A stretch of DNA of 20,533 nucleotides from Candidatus Sulfobium sp. (GTDB lineage: Bacteria > Nitrospirota > Thermodesulfovibrionia > Thermodesulfovibrionales > UBA6898), in contig JARRRI010000010.1 in NCBI GenBank assembly GCA_037380845.1, positions 1 to 20,533 of the forward strand, in the 5' to 3' direction. The position numbers and the translations under genes were made by a program. Numbering within the stretch: the first letter of the stretch is position 1; each line of letters opens with the position of its first letter. This document shows positions 1-9,764 of this stretch, one piece after another. Under the pieces are notes generated by a model. That model was not told the DNA's origin and made no database searches. It saw only the letters and a list, made by a program, of their open reading frames with translations.

Positions 1-1
1 G

Positions 2-40
2 GAAAAAAATCACTGGCGAATCGAGAAGGAGGGGCAATAA
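2..40 (+). CDS. 3' end of a putative upstream gene (partial, ...EKNHWRIEKEGQ*)
   Basis: Frame 2 is open from the window edge to TAA at 38-40, which overlaps the cytochrome ATG (TAATG coupling). Too short to identify. Confidence 0.35.
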   Translation, partial: EKNHWRIEKEGQ

Positions 41-1389
41 TGAATTCAGAGAAAATGATCGCAGTCCGTCTGACGGCACCTCTATGCGTTCTTACAGCTT
101 TTTTCCTTGTCATTTTTTTGACCGGTCCTGACAACGCATCGAGTGCCGCCCGGAAGAACTCATGCGTGACTGCGAAATGCCACAGCACCATGGGAAAAGA
201 GAAGTTCGTTCACGGTCCTGTTGCTGTCGGCAACTGTGTCTCATGCCACATCCAGGAAGGAAAACATAAATTCGCCAAAATAAAGAGAGCGTCCGACTTC
301 TGTTATAAATGCCACGACAGGCTGAACACGAAGAAGACCGTACACAGGCCCGTGAAAGACGGTGACTGCACCCTCTGCCATGACCCTCATCAGTCCCCCT
401 ACAAGTACCAGCTTCGCGCCGAACGGACCGGCCTCTGCCTGAGATGCCATGAAAAAAAGTTTGCCAGCGGCAAGTATATCCACGGCCCCGTGGCCGTGGG
501 TGGCTGCATAATGTGCCACAACCCCCATCAATCCGATTATCCCAGAATGCTCAAGGCGGCCGGAAATGAAGTCTGCTTTCAGTGCCACGTCGACAAGGCC
601 GAAGCCTTCAAGGGGAAGAAATTCGTCCACGCTCCCGTAAAGAAAGGCTGTGTCAGCTGCCACAGTCCGCACGCCGGCAAGTATAAATACAACCTTGATG
701 CCGACGGCTCGCGCGACCTCTGTCTCGGGTGCCACAGGGAAAAGAAGGAATGGATCGCAAAGGTAAAGGTCAAGCACGGCGGCCTCTATACTGAAAAGAA
801 ATGTCTTGCCTGTCACGACCCGCATGTTTCGGATTATCCGGATCAACTCATAAAGCAGCCGATGGATTTATGCCTTATGTGCCACGACAGGCCTATGGAG
901 ACCCCCAACGGAAAGATCCTGAACATGAAGGAGTATCTTACAGAGAACAAGGACGTGCATGGACCCATCAAGCAGAAGGACTGCTCCGCATGCCACAACC
1001 CTCACGGATCCGACAATTTCAGGATCCTCAGAAAATATTTCCCACCCAAGTTCTACGCGCCTTTCGATGTCAAAAATTACGAACTCTGCTTCAACTGCCA
1101 CGAAAAGACACTGGTGCTCAGTCCCAAAACTACCACATTGACGGGTTTCAGAAACGGCGATCAGAACCTGCATTACGTCCATGTCCACAAGAAGGTAAAG
1201 GGGCGTACATGCAGGGCGTGTCATGACGCCCATGCAACCAACAACCCAAAGCACATAAGGGACGGTGTACCCTTCGGGGCATGGGAATTGCCCATAAACT
1301 ACCGGAAGACGGCCAACGGCGGGTCCTGTCTGCCCGGCTGCCATCAGAGGTTCACTTACGACAGGAATGTGGCAGTCAAAAACAGATAG
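40..1389 (+). CDS. Periplasmic multiheme cytochrome c (paired/doubled CXXCH family), about 15 hemes
   Basis: N-terminal hydrophobic signal segment; 13 canonical CXXCH plus CVTAKCH (CX4CH) and CLPGCH (CX3CH); repeated H-x-P-V...CxxCHxPH...CxxCH modules; SD AAGGAGG upstream. Confidence 0.95.
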   Translation: MNSEKMIAVRLTAPLCVLTAFFLVIFLTGPDNASSAARKNSCVTAKCHSTMGKEKFVHGPVAVGNCVSCHIQEGKHKFAKIKRASDFCYKCHDRLNTKKTVHRPVKDGDCTLCHDPHQSPYKYQLRAERTGLCLRCHEKKFASGKYIHGPVAVGGCIMCHNPHQSDYPRMLKAAGNEVCFQCHVDKAEAFKGKKFVHAPVKKGCVSCHSPHAGKYKYNLDADGSRDLCLGCHREKKEWIAKVKVKHGGLYTEKKCLACHDPHVSDYPDQLIKQPMDLCLMCHDRPMETPNGKILNMKEYLTENKDVHGPIKQKDCSACHNPHGSDNFRILRKYFPPKFYAPFDVKNYELCFNCHEKTLVLSPKTTTLTGFRNGDQNLHYVHVHKKVKGRTCRACHDAHATNNPKHIRDGVPFGAWELPINYRKTANGGSCLPGCHQRFTYDRNVAVKNR

Positions 1390-1411
1390 AAATCACTCTC
1401 ATCGCTCCTCT

Positions 1412-1942
1412 ATGAAGGCGGGAAAGAAATTCCCGCCTTCATGTGCTGTTCTAATATGTCTCTGTTTCCTTATGATCTCTCCTTCCACCGTCACTGGCGG
1501 GGCTCAGCAGAGCGAAACCGGGTCAACCCGTTCCGAATTCGCGGACGCCCTCACTCTTTACAGAGAAGGCTCGACCGCGAAGGCTATAGAGAAAATGAGA
1601 GAGGTCGTAAAGAACGATCCCCGGAATGCGGACGCCTACGAAGAGATGGGATACATACTGCTCAGGAAGGGAGATTTCGACGATGCCCTGAGCGCCTTTC
1701 ATTCGGCCCTTAAGATAAACCCCCGCATGAGAACGGCCCGGACGGGCGCGGGTCTTGCACTCTATGATAAAGGCGACCTGGACGGGGCCGAATCCGCACT
1801 GACCGATGCCCTGACCCTGAACCCCTATCCCTCCAGGGCCCATTATGCACTCGGTCTCGTTTACGAGGCGAGGAAAGATTATCGGAAGGCGATTCACGAG
1901 TACAAGGAAGGGCTGAGAACTTACAAGCCCGGCAAGAAATGA
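1412..1942 (+). CDS. Exported tetratricopeptide repeat (TPR) protein
   Basis: Signal-like N-terminus followed by TPR units (AYEEMGYILLRKGDFDDALSAFHSALKINP, AHYALGLVYEARKDYRKAIHEYKEGL). Start at 1412 chosen because 1367 lies inside the cytochrome gene. Confidence 0.85.
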   Translation: MKAGKKFPPSCAVLICLCFLMISPSTVTGGAQQSETGSTRSEFADALTLYREGSTAKAIEKMREVVKNDPRNADAYEEMGYILLRKGDFDDALSAFHSALKINPRMRTARTGAGLALYDKGDLDGAESALTDALTLNPYPSRAHYALGLVYEARKDYRKAIHEYKEGLRTYKPGKK

Positions 1943-3084
1943 AGATTATGGTCTGCAGAAGAAGGTTTTTTCCGTTTGCTCTCACGGCAGTTATCATCGC
2001 TGTTGTGACCTGCTTCGCATACTCCGTCAATGCGCAGGCCCTGCTGCAGACAGGCAAGGAAGCGCCGGGGTTTACTCTTAAAGATCTTGAAGGCAACAGG
2101 ACCACGCTGTCGCAGTACGCGCAGAAAAAGGCGGTAGTTCTCCTCTTCTGGTCAACCTGGAGCGCGAACTCAAAGAAGGCGTTGAAGAGGTTCGAGGCAT
2201 TCCATCAGAAATACCCGGACAAAGAAATACAGATTCTCGGCATAAATGCCGACAACCAGACCATCTCCACCGAAGACGTCGAAAACATCCGAAAGACAGT
2301 GCAGGAAACAGGTATTACATTCCCCGTTTTGCTGGACAGAGGACTGGAAGCCTTTCACACATACGGTGTCATTGCCATACCTTCGACTATCGTGATAATG
2401 GAGGGCAGGATAGCCTACGAGCTTCCGGGCCTCCCCCTGGTGGGCACCGAAGACTTGTTCGATTATCTCCGGGAACTTGCAGGGGAGAAACCCCGCAGCA
2501 AGACAGAACCGAGGTACAGGCCGCGATATGACGCTATCGCCGACGCCAGCCTCGCAAAGGGGTTTGCAAAGGAGAAGATGAACGCAATGGCGTACCCTTT
2601 CTTCAAAAAGGCCATAGACAAAGACCCCAAATATATGCTCCCTTATGTAGGGCTCGCCAGGCTTTATGAGGCGGACGGAAATCCGAAGGCAGCCGAGGCC
2701 ACGCTCAGGAAGGCCCTCTCAATTGATGGCGGAAACGTGGTGGTTATGAGCGAACTCGGCTGTCTTCTCACGAAGACCGGGAAGACGCAGCAGGCGCTGG
2801 ACATACTCTCCAGTGCGGCAAAGAAGGATTCCTATACGCCCTCTCATTACTATTACGCCTATGCGCTCGGAAAGGCCGGAAAATTCACTGAGTCGCTTGC
2901 AGCCTTCGATAAGGCTCTGTCCCTCAACCCCTTCGAAGTAACGATATATCGTCTCCGGGCCGAGATTTACGAGGACAACAAGATGCTGAAGGAGGCGTCG
3001 GCGGACTACAGAAAGGCCCTGGAGCTCACTTTAAAGATAGACCCGGCAATCGTCAGGGGTCCGGCTCCCACCGGTCCCCGCTAG
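1939..3084 (+). CDS. TlpA/ResA-like redoxin domain + C-terminal TPR protein (CXXC replaced by SXXS)
   Basis: Signal peptide; GKEAPGFTLKDLEG...VVLLFWSTWSANS...TFPVLLD...YGVIAIPSTIVI thioredoxin-fold motifs; TPRs in the C-terminal half; ATGA overlap with the preceding gene. Confidence 0.88.
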   Translation: MKIMVCRRRFFPFALTAVIIAVVTCFAYSVNAQALLQTGKEAPGFTLKDLEGNRTTLSQYAQKKAVVLLFWSTWSANSKKALKRFEAFHQKYPDKEIQILGINADNQTISTEDVENIRKTVQETGITFPVLLDRGLEAFHTYGVIAIPSTIVIMEGRIAYELPGLPLVGTEDLFDYLRELAGEKPRSKTEPRYRPRYDAIADASLAKGFAKEKMNAMAYPFFKKAIDKDPKYMLPYVGLARLYEADGNPKAAEATLRKALSIDGGNVVVMSELGCLLTKTGKTQQALDILSSAAKKDSYTPSHYYYAYALGKAGKFTESLAAFDKALSLNPFEVTIYRLRAEIYEDNKMLKEASADYRKALELTLKIDPAIVRGPAPTGPR

Positions 3085-6000
3085 ACATCCTCCGTCTTCC
3101 GCTCCCTCATCCAGATGCCAACGCCTTTCCAGACGGCGTAAATCGCCGGCAACACGATGAGTGTAAGGATTGTCGCGGACACCATTCCGCCTATCATAGG
3201 CGCCGCGATCCTTCGCATTGTGTCGGCGCCGGCGCCCGCCCCCCAGAAAATCGGCAGAAGACCGGCCATGATGGCCGTCACGGTCATCATCAGCGGCCTG
3301 ACCCTCTCGCCCGCGCCGGTAACGATCGCGTCGTAAAGGTCCGCGTAGCTGATGACATTATTCTTTTCCTGCATCTTTCTGGCAAGCTCCTCATCGACGT
3401 AAATGAGCAGGACAACTCCCGTCTCAGCCGCAACTCCGGAAAGGGCGATGAAGCCCACACCGACCGCTATACTCATGTTGTATCCCAGAAGGTAAATGAA
3501 CCATACGCCTCCCACTATGGCGAAGGGCAAAGCCAGCATCACTATCACCGCCTCGGCCACGTTCTTGAAGTTCAGATATAGCAGAAGAAAAATAATGAGA
3601 AGGGTTATTGGCACCACGATCGCCAGCCTCTTGTTGGCCCTCTGCATGTATTCGTATTGTCCCGACCACTGGATGTTGTAGCCGGGCGGAATATGAACGT
3701 CTTTAGCAACGGCCTTCTGAGCGTTGTTTACATAGGTAGCAACATCCACACCCCGCAGATCTACATAGATCCAGACGCTCGGCCTCGAATTCTCGCTCTT
3801 GATCACTGCAGGCCCCTGATGGATCCTTATATGAGCCACCTGCGTTATGGGTATCTGGGTGCCCGTGGGGGTGGCTATGAGGACACGTTCCAGACTCGGT
3901 ATGGACTGCCTCAGCCCGCGCTGGTACCTGATATTTATGGGATATCTCTCAAGGCCCTCGACGGTCTCGCCCACGTTCATGCCGCCTATGGCAGACTGGA
4001 TCACATCCTCGACGTCCCCGACCGTCAAACCGTATCTGGCGGCAGCCTCCCTGTCTATGTCATAGTCGAAATAATAGCCCCCGACGACCCTTTCGGCATA
4101 GGCAGAAAGAGTACCCGGAACCTTGCTGACCGCCGCCTCGATTTCCTCTCCCAGCGTTGAGAGTGTATTAAGATCATTGCCCATTACCTTGATTCCTACC
4201 GGTGTCTTGATACCGGTTGCAAGCATGTCGATCCTGGTCTTGATAGGCATCGTCCAGGCATTCGTCACGCCTGGAATTTTAACGGCGTCATTCAACTCCT
4301 TGACCAGTTCCTTCTGGGTGATGGGCCGCTCGAGGGGCCATATCCTGGACAGAGGTCTTCGGAAAAATTCCGGCCAGCCGGAAAAGAACCTTTCCACCGG
4401 CACCTTTCTCCACTCGTCACGCGGCTTTAGTCTTATAGTCGTTTCGATCATCGACAGCGGAGCCGGATCGGTAGCGGTGTCGGCCCGGCCGATCTTACCA
4501 AAGACCGATTCTACCTCGGGGAAGCTCTTTATGATCTTGTCAGTCTGCTGAAGCAGTGCCCTGGCTGTCGTGATCGAGATGCCGGGCAGCGTAGTCGGCA
4601 TATAGAGAAGATCTCCTTCGTTAAGGGGCGGCATGAACTCTCCTCCCAGCTTTTCAAGGGGAAAGACCGCGTCTATCTTTTCTGCCACGGACTTCAGCGG
4701 ACCCTCCGGCAGCCTGTTGACCACCAGGGACCGGAAGGGCAGCAGAGTCAGTACTACCACGACGGCGCCGCCTATAGTTGCCGCTTTGTGCCTTAGCACC
4801 CACTGGATTGTGGGCCGGTATACACGGATAAGGAACCTGTTGACCGGGTTCTTCTCTTCAGGGCTGACCGCCTGAGGCCAGAGAACAAGGAAGACCACCG
4901 CGCCAAGGACTATCGCTATGAGCAGGCCGAAGCCTCCCAGAAGCGTCGTGGGAAAGAGAAGCGATACCGCCCGTACCAGCAGGAACACGCCGGCGCCCGC
5001 CAGGGCCGACACGATCCTCTGTTTCCTGAGGGACCAGGCCGCCGGAAGGAGGGTAGTCCTGATGAAATACCCCATGAGGACGGGAACGATAGTAACCGAA
5101 AGAAGCGCGGCCGAGGCCATGGAATACGTCTTCGTAAATGCCAGGGGCTTGAACAATCTCCCTTCCTGGGCCTGCAGGGAAAATATGGGGACGAAGGAAA
5201 ATGTGATTATAAGCAGAGAGAAAAAGAGCGCAGGCCCCACCTGCTTGGCCGAAAGGGTGATGACGGCCCAGTGCTCCTTCATACTGGGATTCTTCTCCAG
5301 GTGTTTATGGGCATTTTCTATCATGACTATCGCCGCGTCGATCATCGCTCCTATGGCGATGGCAATGCCCCCCAGAGACATGATATTGGCGTTCAGCCCC
5401 TGGAGGTGCATGACGATAAACGCCATGAGGATGCCCAGGGGCAGGGTAAATACGGCCACAAAGGTAGACTTGAAATGGAGGAGGAATATTATGCAGACCA
5501 GGGCCACGACTATGCACTCCTCCAGCAGTTTATGGTTGAGGGTATGCACGGCCCTTTCGATCAGGCCCGAGCGGTCGTAGACCGGCACTATCTTTACCCC
5601 CGGCGGCAGACCCGCCTTGAGGCTCTCCAGTTTCTCCTTGACGCGCTGGATCGTGGCCAGCGCGTTTTCGCCGTAGCGCATGACAACGACACCGCCGGCC
5701 ACTTCACCCTGGCCGTTCAGCTCCGCCAGTCCCCTGCGCATCTCCGGACCGAGATGTACGGTACCTACGTCCCGTATCAGGATCGGGGTGCCCGTCTTGT
5801 CCACCCCCAGAGGGATGTCCTCGATGTCCCTGATGGACTTGATGTAACCGAGGCCCCTCACCATATATTCCGTTTCCGCCATCTCGACAGTCCTGCCGCC
5901 CACGTCATTGTTTGAGCGCTGGATTGCGGACTTCACCTTGGAAAGCGGGATGTGATAGGCGAAAAGCTTGTTTGGGTCCAGCTCCACCTGATACTGCTTG

Positions 6001-6551
6001 ACGAACCCCCCGAGCGACGCCACCTCGGCGACTCCCTCCACAGAGGTAAGTTCATACCGGAGATACCAGTCCTGTATGGAGCGGAGCTGAGCCAGATTGT
6101 GCTGACCTGTCTTGTCCACCAGTGCATACTCATAAATCCAGCCTACCCCTGTGGCGTCGGGGCCGAGCGAGGGCGTAACCCCTTTTGGCAGACGGCCCGA
6201 CACATAGTTCAGATATTCGAGGACGCGGCTTCTCGCCCAGTAGAGGTCGGTCCCGTCCTTGAAAATAATGTAGACGAATGAAAGACCGAAAAAGGAATAG
6301 CCCCTCACCACCTTCGACCCAGGGACCGCGAGCATGGCTGTCGTAAGGGGATAGGTGACCTGCTGCTCCACCACCTCGGGTGCCTGGCCGGGGTACCTTG
6401 TAAACACGATCACCTGGACATCGGAGAGATCGGGAATTGCGTCCAGCGGCGTCTTGGAAAGAGCATATATACCCGCCGCCACAACGAAGAAGGTCGCAAG
6501 GATTACGATGAACCTGTTTTTAACGGAGTATTCGATTAACTTTTCGAGCAT
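3081..6551 (-). CDS. cusA: CusA/SilA heavy-metal RND efflux permease, Cu(I)/Ag(I) type
   Basis: DAIPDLSDVQV, GPDATGVGWIYEY and IDAAIVMIEN motifs; Cu(I)-binding Met triad conserved (LLYMPTT, PLSMIETT, RIDMLATG); TGATG overlap with cusB. Confidence 0.96.
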   Translation of the reverse strand: MLEKLIEYSVKNRFIVILATFFVVAAGIYALSKTPLDAIPDLSDVQVIVFTRYPGQAPEVVEQQVTYPLTTAMLAVPGSKVVRGYSFFGLSFVYIIFKDGTDLYWARSRVLEYLNYVSGRLPKGVTPSLGPDATGVGWIYEYALVDKTGQHNLAQLRSIQDWYLRYELTSVEGVAEVASLGGFVKQYQVELDPNKLFAYHIPLSKVKSAIQRSNNDVGGRTVEMAETEYMVRGLGYIKSIRDIEDIPLGVDKTGTPILIRDVGTVHLGPEMRRGLAELNGQGEVAGGVVVMRYGENALATIQRVKEKLESLKAGLPPGVKIVPVYDRSGLIERAVHTLNHKLLEECIVVALVCIIFLLHFKSTFVAVFTLPLGILMAFIVMHLQGLNANIMSLGGIAIAIGAMIDAAIVMIENAHKHLEKNPSMKEHWAVITLSAKQVGPALFFSLLIITFSFVPIFSLQAQEGRLFKPLAFTKTYSMASAALLSVTIVPVLMGYFIRTTLLPAAWSLRKQRIVSALAGAGVFLLVRAVSLLFPTTLLGGFGLLIAIVLGAVVFLVLWPQAVSPEEKNPVNRFLIRVYRPTIQWVLRHKAATIGGAVVVVLTLLPFRSLVVNRLPEGPLKSVAEKIDAVFPLEKLGGEFMPPLNEGDLLYMPTTLPGISITTARALLQQTDKIIKSFPEVESVFGKIGRADTATDPAPLSMIETTIRLKPRDEWRKVPVERFFSGWPEFFRRPLSRIWPLERPITQKELVKELNDAVKIPGVTNAWTMPIKTRIDMLATGIKTPVGIKVMGNDLNTLSTLGEEIEAAVSKVPGTLSAYAERVVGGYYFDYDIDREAAARYGLTVGDVEDVIQSAIGGMNVGETVEGLERYPINIRYQRGLRQSIPSLERVLIATPTGTQIPITQVAHIRIHQGPAVIKSENSRPSVWIYVDLRGVDVATYVNNAQKAVAKDVHIPPGYNIQWSGQYEYMQRANKRLAIVVPITLLIIFLLLYLNFKNVAEAVIVMLALPFAIVGGVWFIYLLGYNMSIAVGVGFIALSGVAAETGVVLLIYVDEELARKMQEKNNVISYADLYDAIVTGAGERVRPLMMTVTAIMAGLLPIFWGAGAGADTMRRIAAPMIGGMVSATILTLIVLPAIYAVWKGVGIWMRERKTEDV

Positions 6552-8335
6552 CAGTACTTGATCTCATTCCCGCAAACCAGCATATCTTTGTCGAGGAAGG
6601 GGTTCTGAACGGAAGAGCCCGTTTGAAGCCACGACTCTTTCTTCATGGGACAATAGAATATCTTGACGCCCTGGGCGTGGGCCTCCTGTCTTCCCGGGCC
6701 TTGCACGTACTTGACCATGGCACGGCTCAGCACAGCGAAGGAAGCCTTGGCCTCTCCGATTTCGCCCGAAAGCAGACCCGGAAGGACCTGATCTACAGTT
6801 TCCACCACATCTTTCACCGAGCCCTCCGTATTTTGAGCCTTGAGTTTTTTTGCGGCATCGGCCAGGGACTCTGCGTATGTCTTCACACCGGCCGGAGATT
6901 CAGCAACCAGAGCACCGTGGATTTTCATGTATGCGTCTGTTACTTCGGACATTATCTGTTTCTGATCTTCCGGCGTTCGCGCCTGGGGGGCTTCTTTCCC
7001 GGTCTCTTTCATTTCGCCCGGTGTGGCCTTCGGCGCTTCCTTCTTCCCGGAAGCTTTTCTGGCCTCTACCATCTTGTTTAATGCCTCCTTGAGGTTGCTC
7101 TCGGAGTCAATGAGGAACTGCGCCGATGTAACAACCTTCTCCCCTTTGGTGAGCCCTGATTTTATCTCCACCACCCCCTGGCCTTCGGCCCCGAGGACCA
7201 CGTCCCTGGGCATGAACTTGCCGCCTCCCAGAGCTATGATGACGATATTCTTGGTGCCTGTCCGTATGACCGCATTGTCAGGCACCTGAAGGACGTTTTC
7301 ACCCACCTTCGTCGTTATTGCCACGTTCACATACATATCGGGCTTCAGCCTGAAACCGGGGTTCTTGAAGTCCATCCTTATCTGGACGGTCCTGGTAGCC
7401 GCCTGCAGGTAGGGATAAATAAACGAAACGCGGCCCTTGTAGACGACCCCCGGCTCATAGGGAAGCGTAATCTCGGCCTCCTGGCCGGTGCGGATAAACG
7501 GCAGTTCATATTCGTAGATGGAGCCCATCACCCAGATGTTCGAAATATCGGCGATGGTATATAGCTCCATCCCCGGGGTGACCTTCATCCCGGCGAGCAC
7601 CTTCTTGTCGATTACGATTCCGTGGGTCGGAGACCTCAGGATCATGGCCTTCTGGATCGTACCGCGCTTTTCGAGGGCCTCTATCTGAGCCGGATCGATA
7701 TCCATGTACAGGAGCCTCCGGCGCGTTGCATCAACAAGCGCCTTTCCCCCGCTCGCTACATCACTGAAGGCGGATGTACTGGTCTGCGTCTCATATCTCA
7801 GGGCCTGGAGGTATTCCTGCTGGGTGGCAACCAGTTCAGGCGAATATATGGAGAGGCGCTCCTCTCCCCTGGATACCTCTTGTCCGGTGGTGTTTACGAA
7901 GAGGTCTTCCACCCACCCCGATACCTTCGTGTGAATGTGCTGGACCAGTTTCTCATTGTAAGTCACCTGCCCCACAGTGCGCACAGTGGCAATGAGCGGA
8001 CCCTGCCTGACCTCCGTAGTCTTTACGCCTATGTCCTGGACCGTTACGGGGTCGATCTTCACAACACCTTCTTCTTCATTTTCTCCCTCATAAACAGGCA
8101 CAAGGTCCATCCCCATGGGAGACTTGCCCGGTTTGCTGCTTATATAGTTAGGGTTCATCGGGGCAACCCAGTATTTGATCTTTCTCTTCTTCTTTGTCTT
8201 GCCCTCCACGGCTTCCTTCTTAGCCGTGGTAACAGGCGTATCCTTCTTCTTCCCGCCGGGGGACATGAGCCATATCACCGCGATCAGAAGAACAAGAATT
8301 ATCGAGATATATTTAACTGTCTTCTTCTTGCTCAT
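6551..8335 (-). CDS. cusB: CusB-type RND periplasmic adaptor with N-terminal Met-rich metal-binding domain and C-terminal DUF3347-like domain
   Basis: TM anchor; YWVAPMNP...PGKSPMGMDLVPVY; MFP core (SIYSPELVATQQEYL, TRTVQIR, LKPDMYV, AQFLIDSESNL); extra C-terminal helical domain ending FYCPMKKESWLQ...NPF...MLVCG. Confidence 0.93.
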   Translation of the reverse strand: MSKKKTVKYISIILVLLIAVIWLMSPGGKKKDTPVTTAKKEAVEGKTKKKRKIKYWVAPMNPNYISSKPGKSPMGMDLVPVYEGENEEEGVVKIDPVTVQDIGVKTTEVRQGPLIATVRTVGQVTYNEKLVQHIHTKVSGWVEDLFVNTTGQEVSRGEERLSIYSPELVATQQEYLQALRYETQTSTSAFSDVASGGKALVDATRRRLLYMDIDPAQIEALEKRGTIQKAMILRSPTHGIVIDKKVLAGMKVTPGMELYTIADISNIWVMGSIYEYELPFIRTGQEAEITLPYEPGVVYKGRVSFIYPYLQAATRTVQIRMDFKNPGFRLKPDMYVNVAITTKVGENVLQVPDNAVIRTGTKNIVIIALGGGKFMPRDVVLGAEGQGVVEIKSGLTKGEKVVTSAQFLIDSESNLKEALNKMVEARKASGKKEAPKATPGEMKETGKEAPQARTPEDQKQIMSEVTDAYMKIHGALVAESPAGVKTYAESLADAAKKLKAQNTEGSVKDVVETVDQVLPGLLSGEIGEAKASFAVLSRAMVKYVQGPGRQEAHAQGVKIFYCPMKKESWLQTGSSVQNPFLDKDMLVCGNEIKY

Positions 8336-8374
8336 GTTTTTTTCCTCTGGTTATGGTTTGTGCTGCCGGGGTCA

Positions 8375-9694
8375 TTATTCAATGTAAAGTCTCTTCCCCA
8401 CACTCGCTTCAATCTCCGATATCGTGTTTTCGTAATCAGTCACCGCCTGGTAGTATTCGATTTCATAGTTGTACAAGGTAACCTGGTTGTTCACCAGGGT
8501 TATGAAATCAACCTTGTTCACCTGGTATCCCGAGATCGCCGATTCAAGGGCGGCCCTGCTCTGTGGCAAAAGCCCGGTCTGGAAAAGTTCGATCTGTCTC
8601 CGGTATTTCCCGATACGTGCCAGCGCATCCTTTATCATGAAAAAAATCCCATTCTTTGCCGCATTATACTGCTCCATCGCCTGCCGGATGTTCCACTTCT
8701 CTTCGGCCACTTTCTTGTCTTCCTTGGTCTTGTACCAGAGAGGCACAGTGACCATGACGACACCGGAAACGAAGTCCGGTCTCTCGTCACGCTGCCCGTA
8801 GCTGACCCCGAAGTCGAAATCGGGATAATAATTCTTCTCCGCCAGTCTCAGGGCCAGTCTGTACCTCTCGATCCGCTGTTTAGCACCGATAAGGACAGGC
8901 CTGTTGACCTCCGCGATCTTCTGAAGTTCGTCACCGGTAAATGCAAAGTCCGGATGCCTCAGACCGTCCATTTCGATACCCTCCATCTCTTCTAAGGGTG
9001 ACTTGACGGGCCGGTAAAGAAGAGTGTTCAAACGGGCGACCGCGGTCTCTTTATTCTGCCGCAGGACTATCAGCTTATCTATCATTTTGGAGAGTTCCAC
9101 CTGGGCCTTCAACACATCCTGCTGAATGCCCTCACCAACCGCGTACTTAGTCTCCGTGGTCTTCACAAATTCCCGCAGGAGGTCCCTGTTTTCTTTCGTG
9201 ATATCAATGGTCTTATTGATCAAAAGCAGGTTCCGGAACGCGTCCTCTACCCCCCTGACCAGATCATTCCTTTTTTCCACGTAATCTTCGGTGACTATCT
9301 CTGTTTCTTTTCTGGCAATGTCCCCTTTAAGCGGAAGTTTACCCGGAAAGGGGACCTTCTGGAAAATCGAGATCTGCTTCTGGGTCATCGGCTCCTGGTT
9401 GAAGCTGAAGCTGTTCGTAGGAACGGCGAGGAGAGAAAATCCTATCCTCGGGTTGTCGAGCGATTCTGCCTGGGAAGGCCGCTGGCTGAAGGCTTCTTCC
9501 CTGTCCTTCAGGGACTTCAGCTCGGGGTTGTTTGCAAGGGCCTCATCTATCAGCCTTTCCAGAACGGCTTCTCCCCTGTCTGTTGTCCCCTCAGCGGACG
9601 ATACGAGAGGCAGCAGCATCAGCAGGGAAGCCGCAACTACCACGGCACAGAGTCCTTTTAAAGAGACGGCTACACTCAATTTTTCCCTTAGCAT
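8375..9694 (-). CDS. cusC: TolC/CusC-family outer membrane efflux protein
   Basis: Signal peptide; ALANNPEL, QKVPFPGKL, QQDVLKAQVELS and YYPDFDFG OEP motifs; directly upstream of cusB. Start at 9694 has a purine-rich SD; 9733 is an alternative. Confidence 0.9.
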   Translation of the reverse strand: MLREKLSVAVSLKGLCAVVVAASLLMLLPLVSSAEGTTDRGEAVLERLIDEALANNPELKSLKDREEAFSQRPSQAESLDNPRIGFSLLAVPTNSFSFNQEPMTQKQISIFQKVPFPGKLPLKGDIARKETEIVTEDYVEKRNDLVRGVEDAFRNLLLINKTIDITKENRDLLREFVKTTETKYAVGEGIQQDVLKAQVELSKMIDKLIVLRQNKETAVARLNTLLYRPVKSPLEEMEGIEMDGLRHPDFAFTGDELQKIAEVNRPVLIGAKQRIERYRLALRLAEKNYYPDFDFGVSYGQRDERPDFVSGVVMVTVPLWYKTKEDKKVAEEKWNIRQAMEQYNAAKNGIFFMIKDALARIGKYRRQIELFQTGLLPQSRAALESAISGYQVNKVDFITLVNNQVTLYNYEIEYYQAVTDYENTISEIEASVGKRLYIE

Positions 9695-9764
9695 CCTGTT
9701 CCCCTGTAGGTCATATTTTCCAAATTTTATCACACCCGAGTAAGTTTATGAATTGAGAAGACAG

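Noticed and set aside
2158..2172. Selenocysteine recoding as the explanation for missing Cys in the TlpA-like and TrxR-like proteins
   Set aside because: The codons are AGC/TCA here and GGG/CAG at 20036-20047; there is no in-frame TGA.
7622..8995. 457-aa + strand ORF
   Set aside because: Antisense shadow of cusB/cusC; no recognisable motifs.
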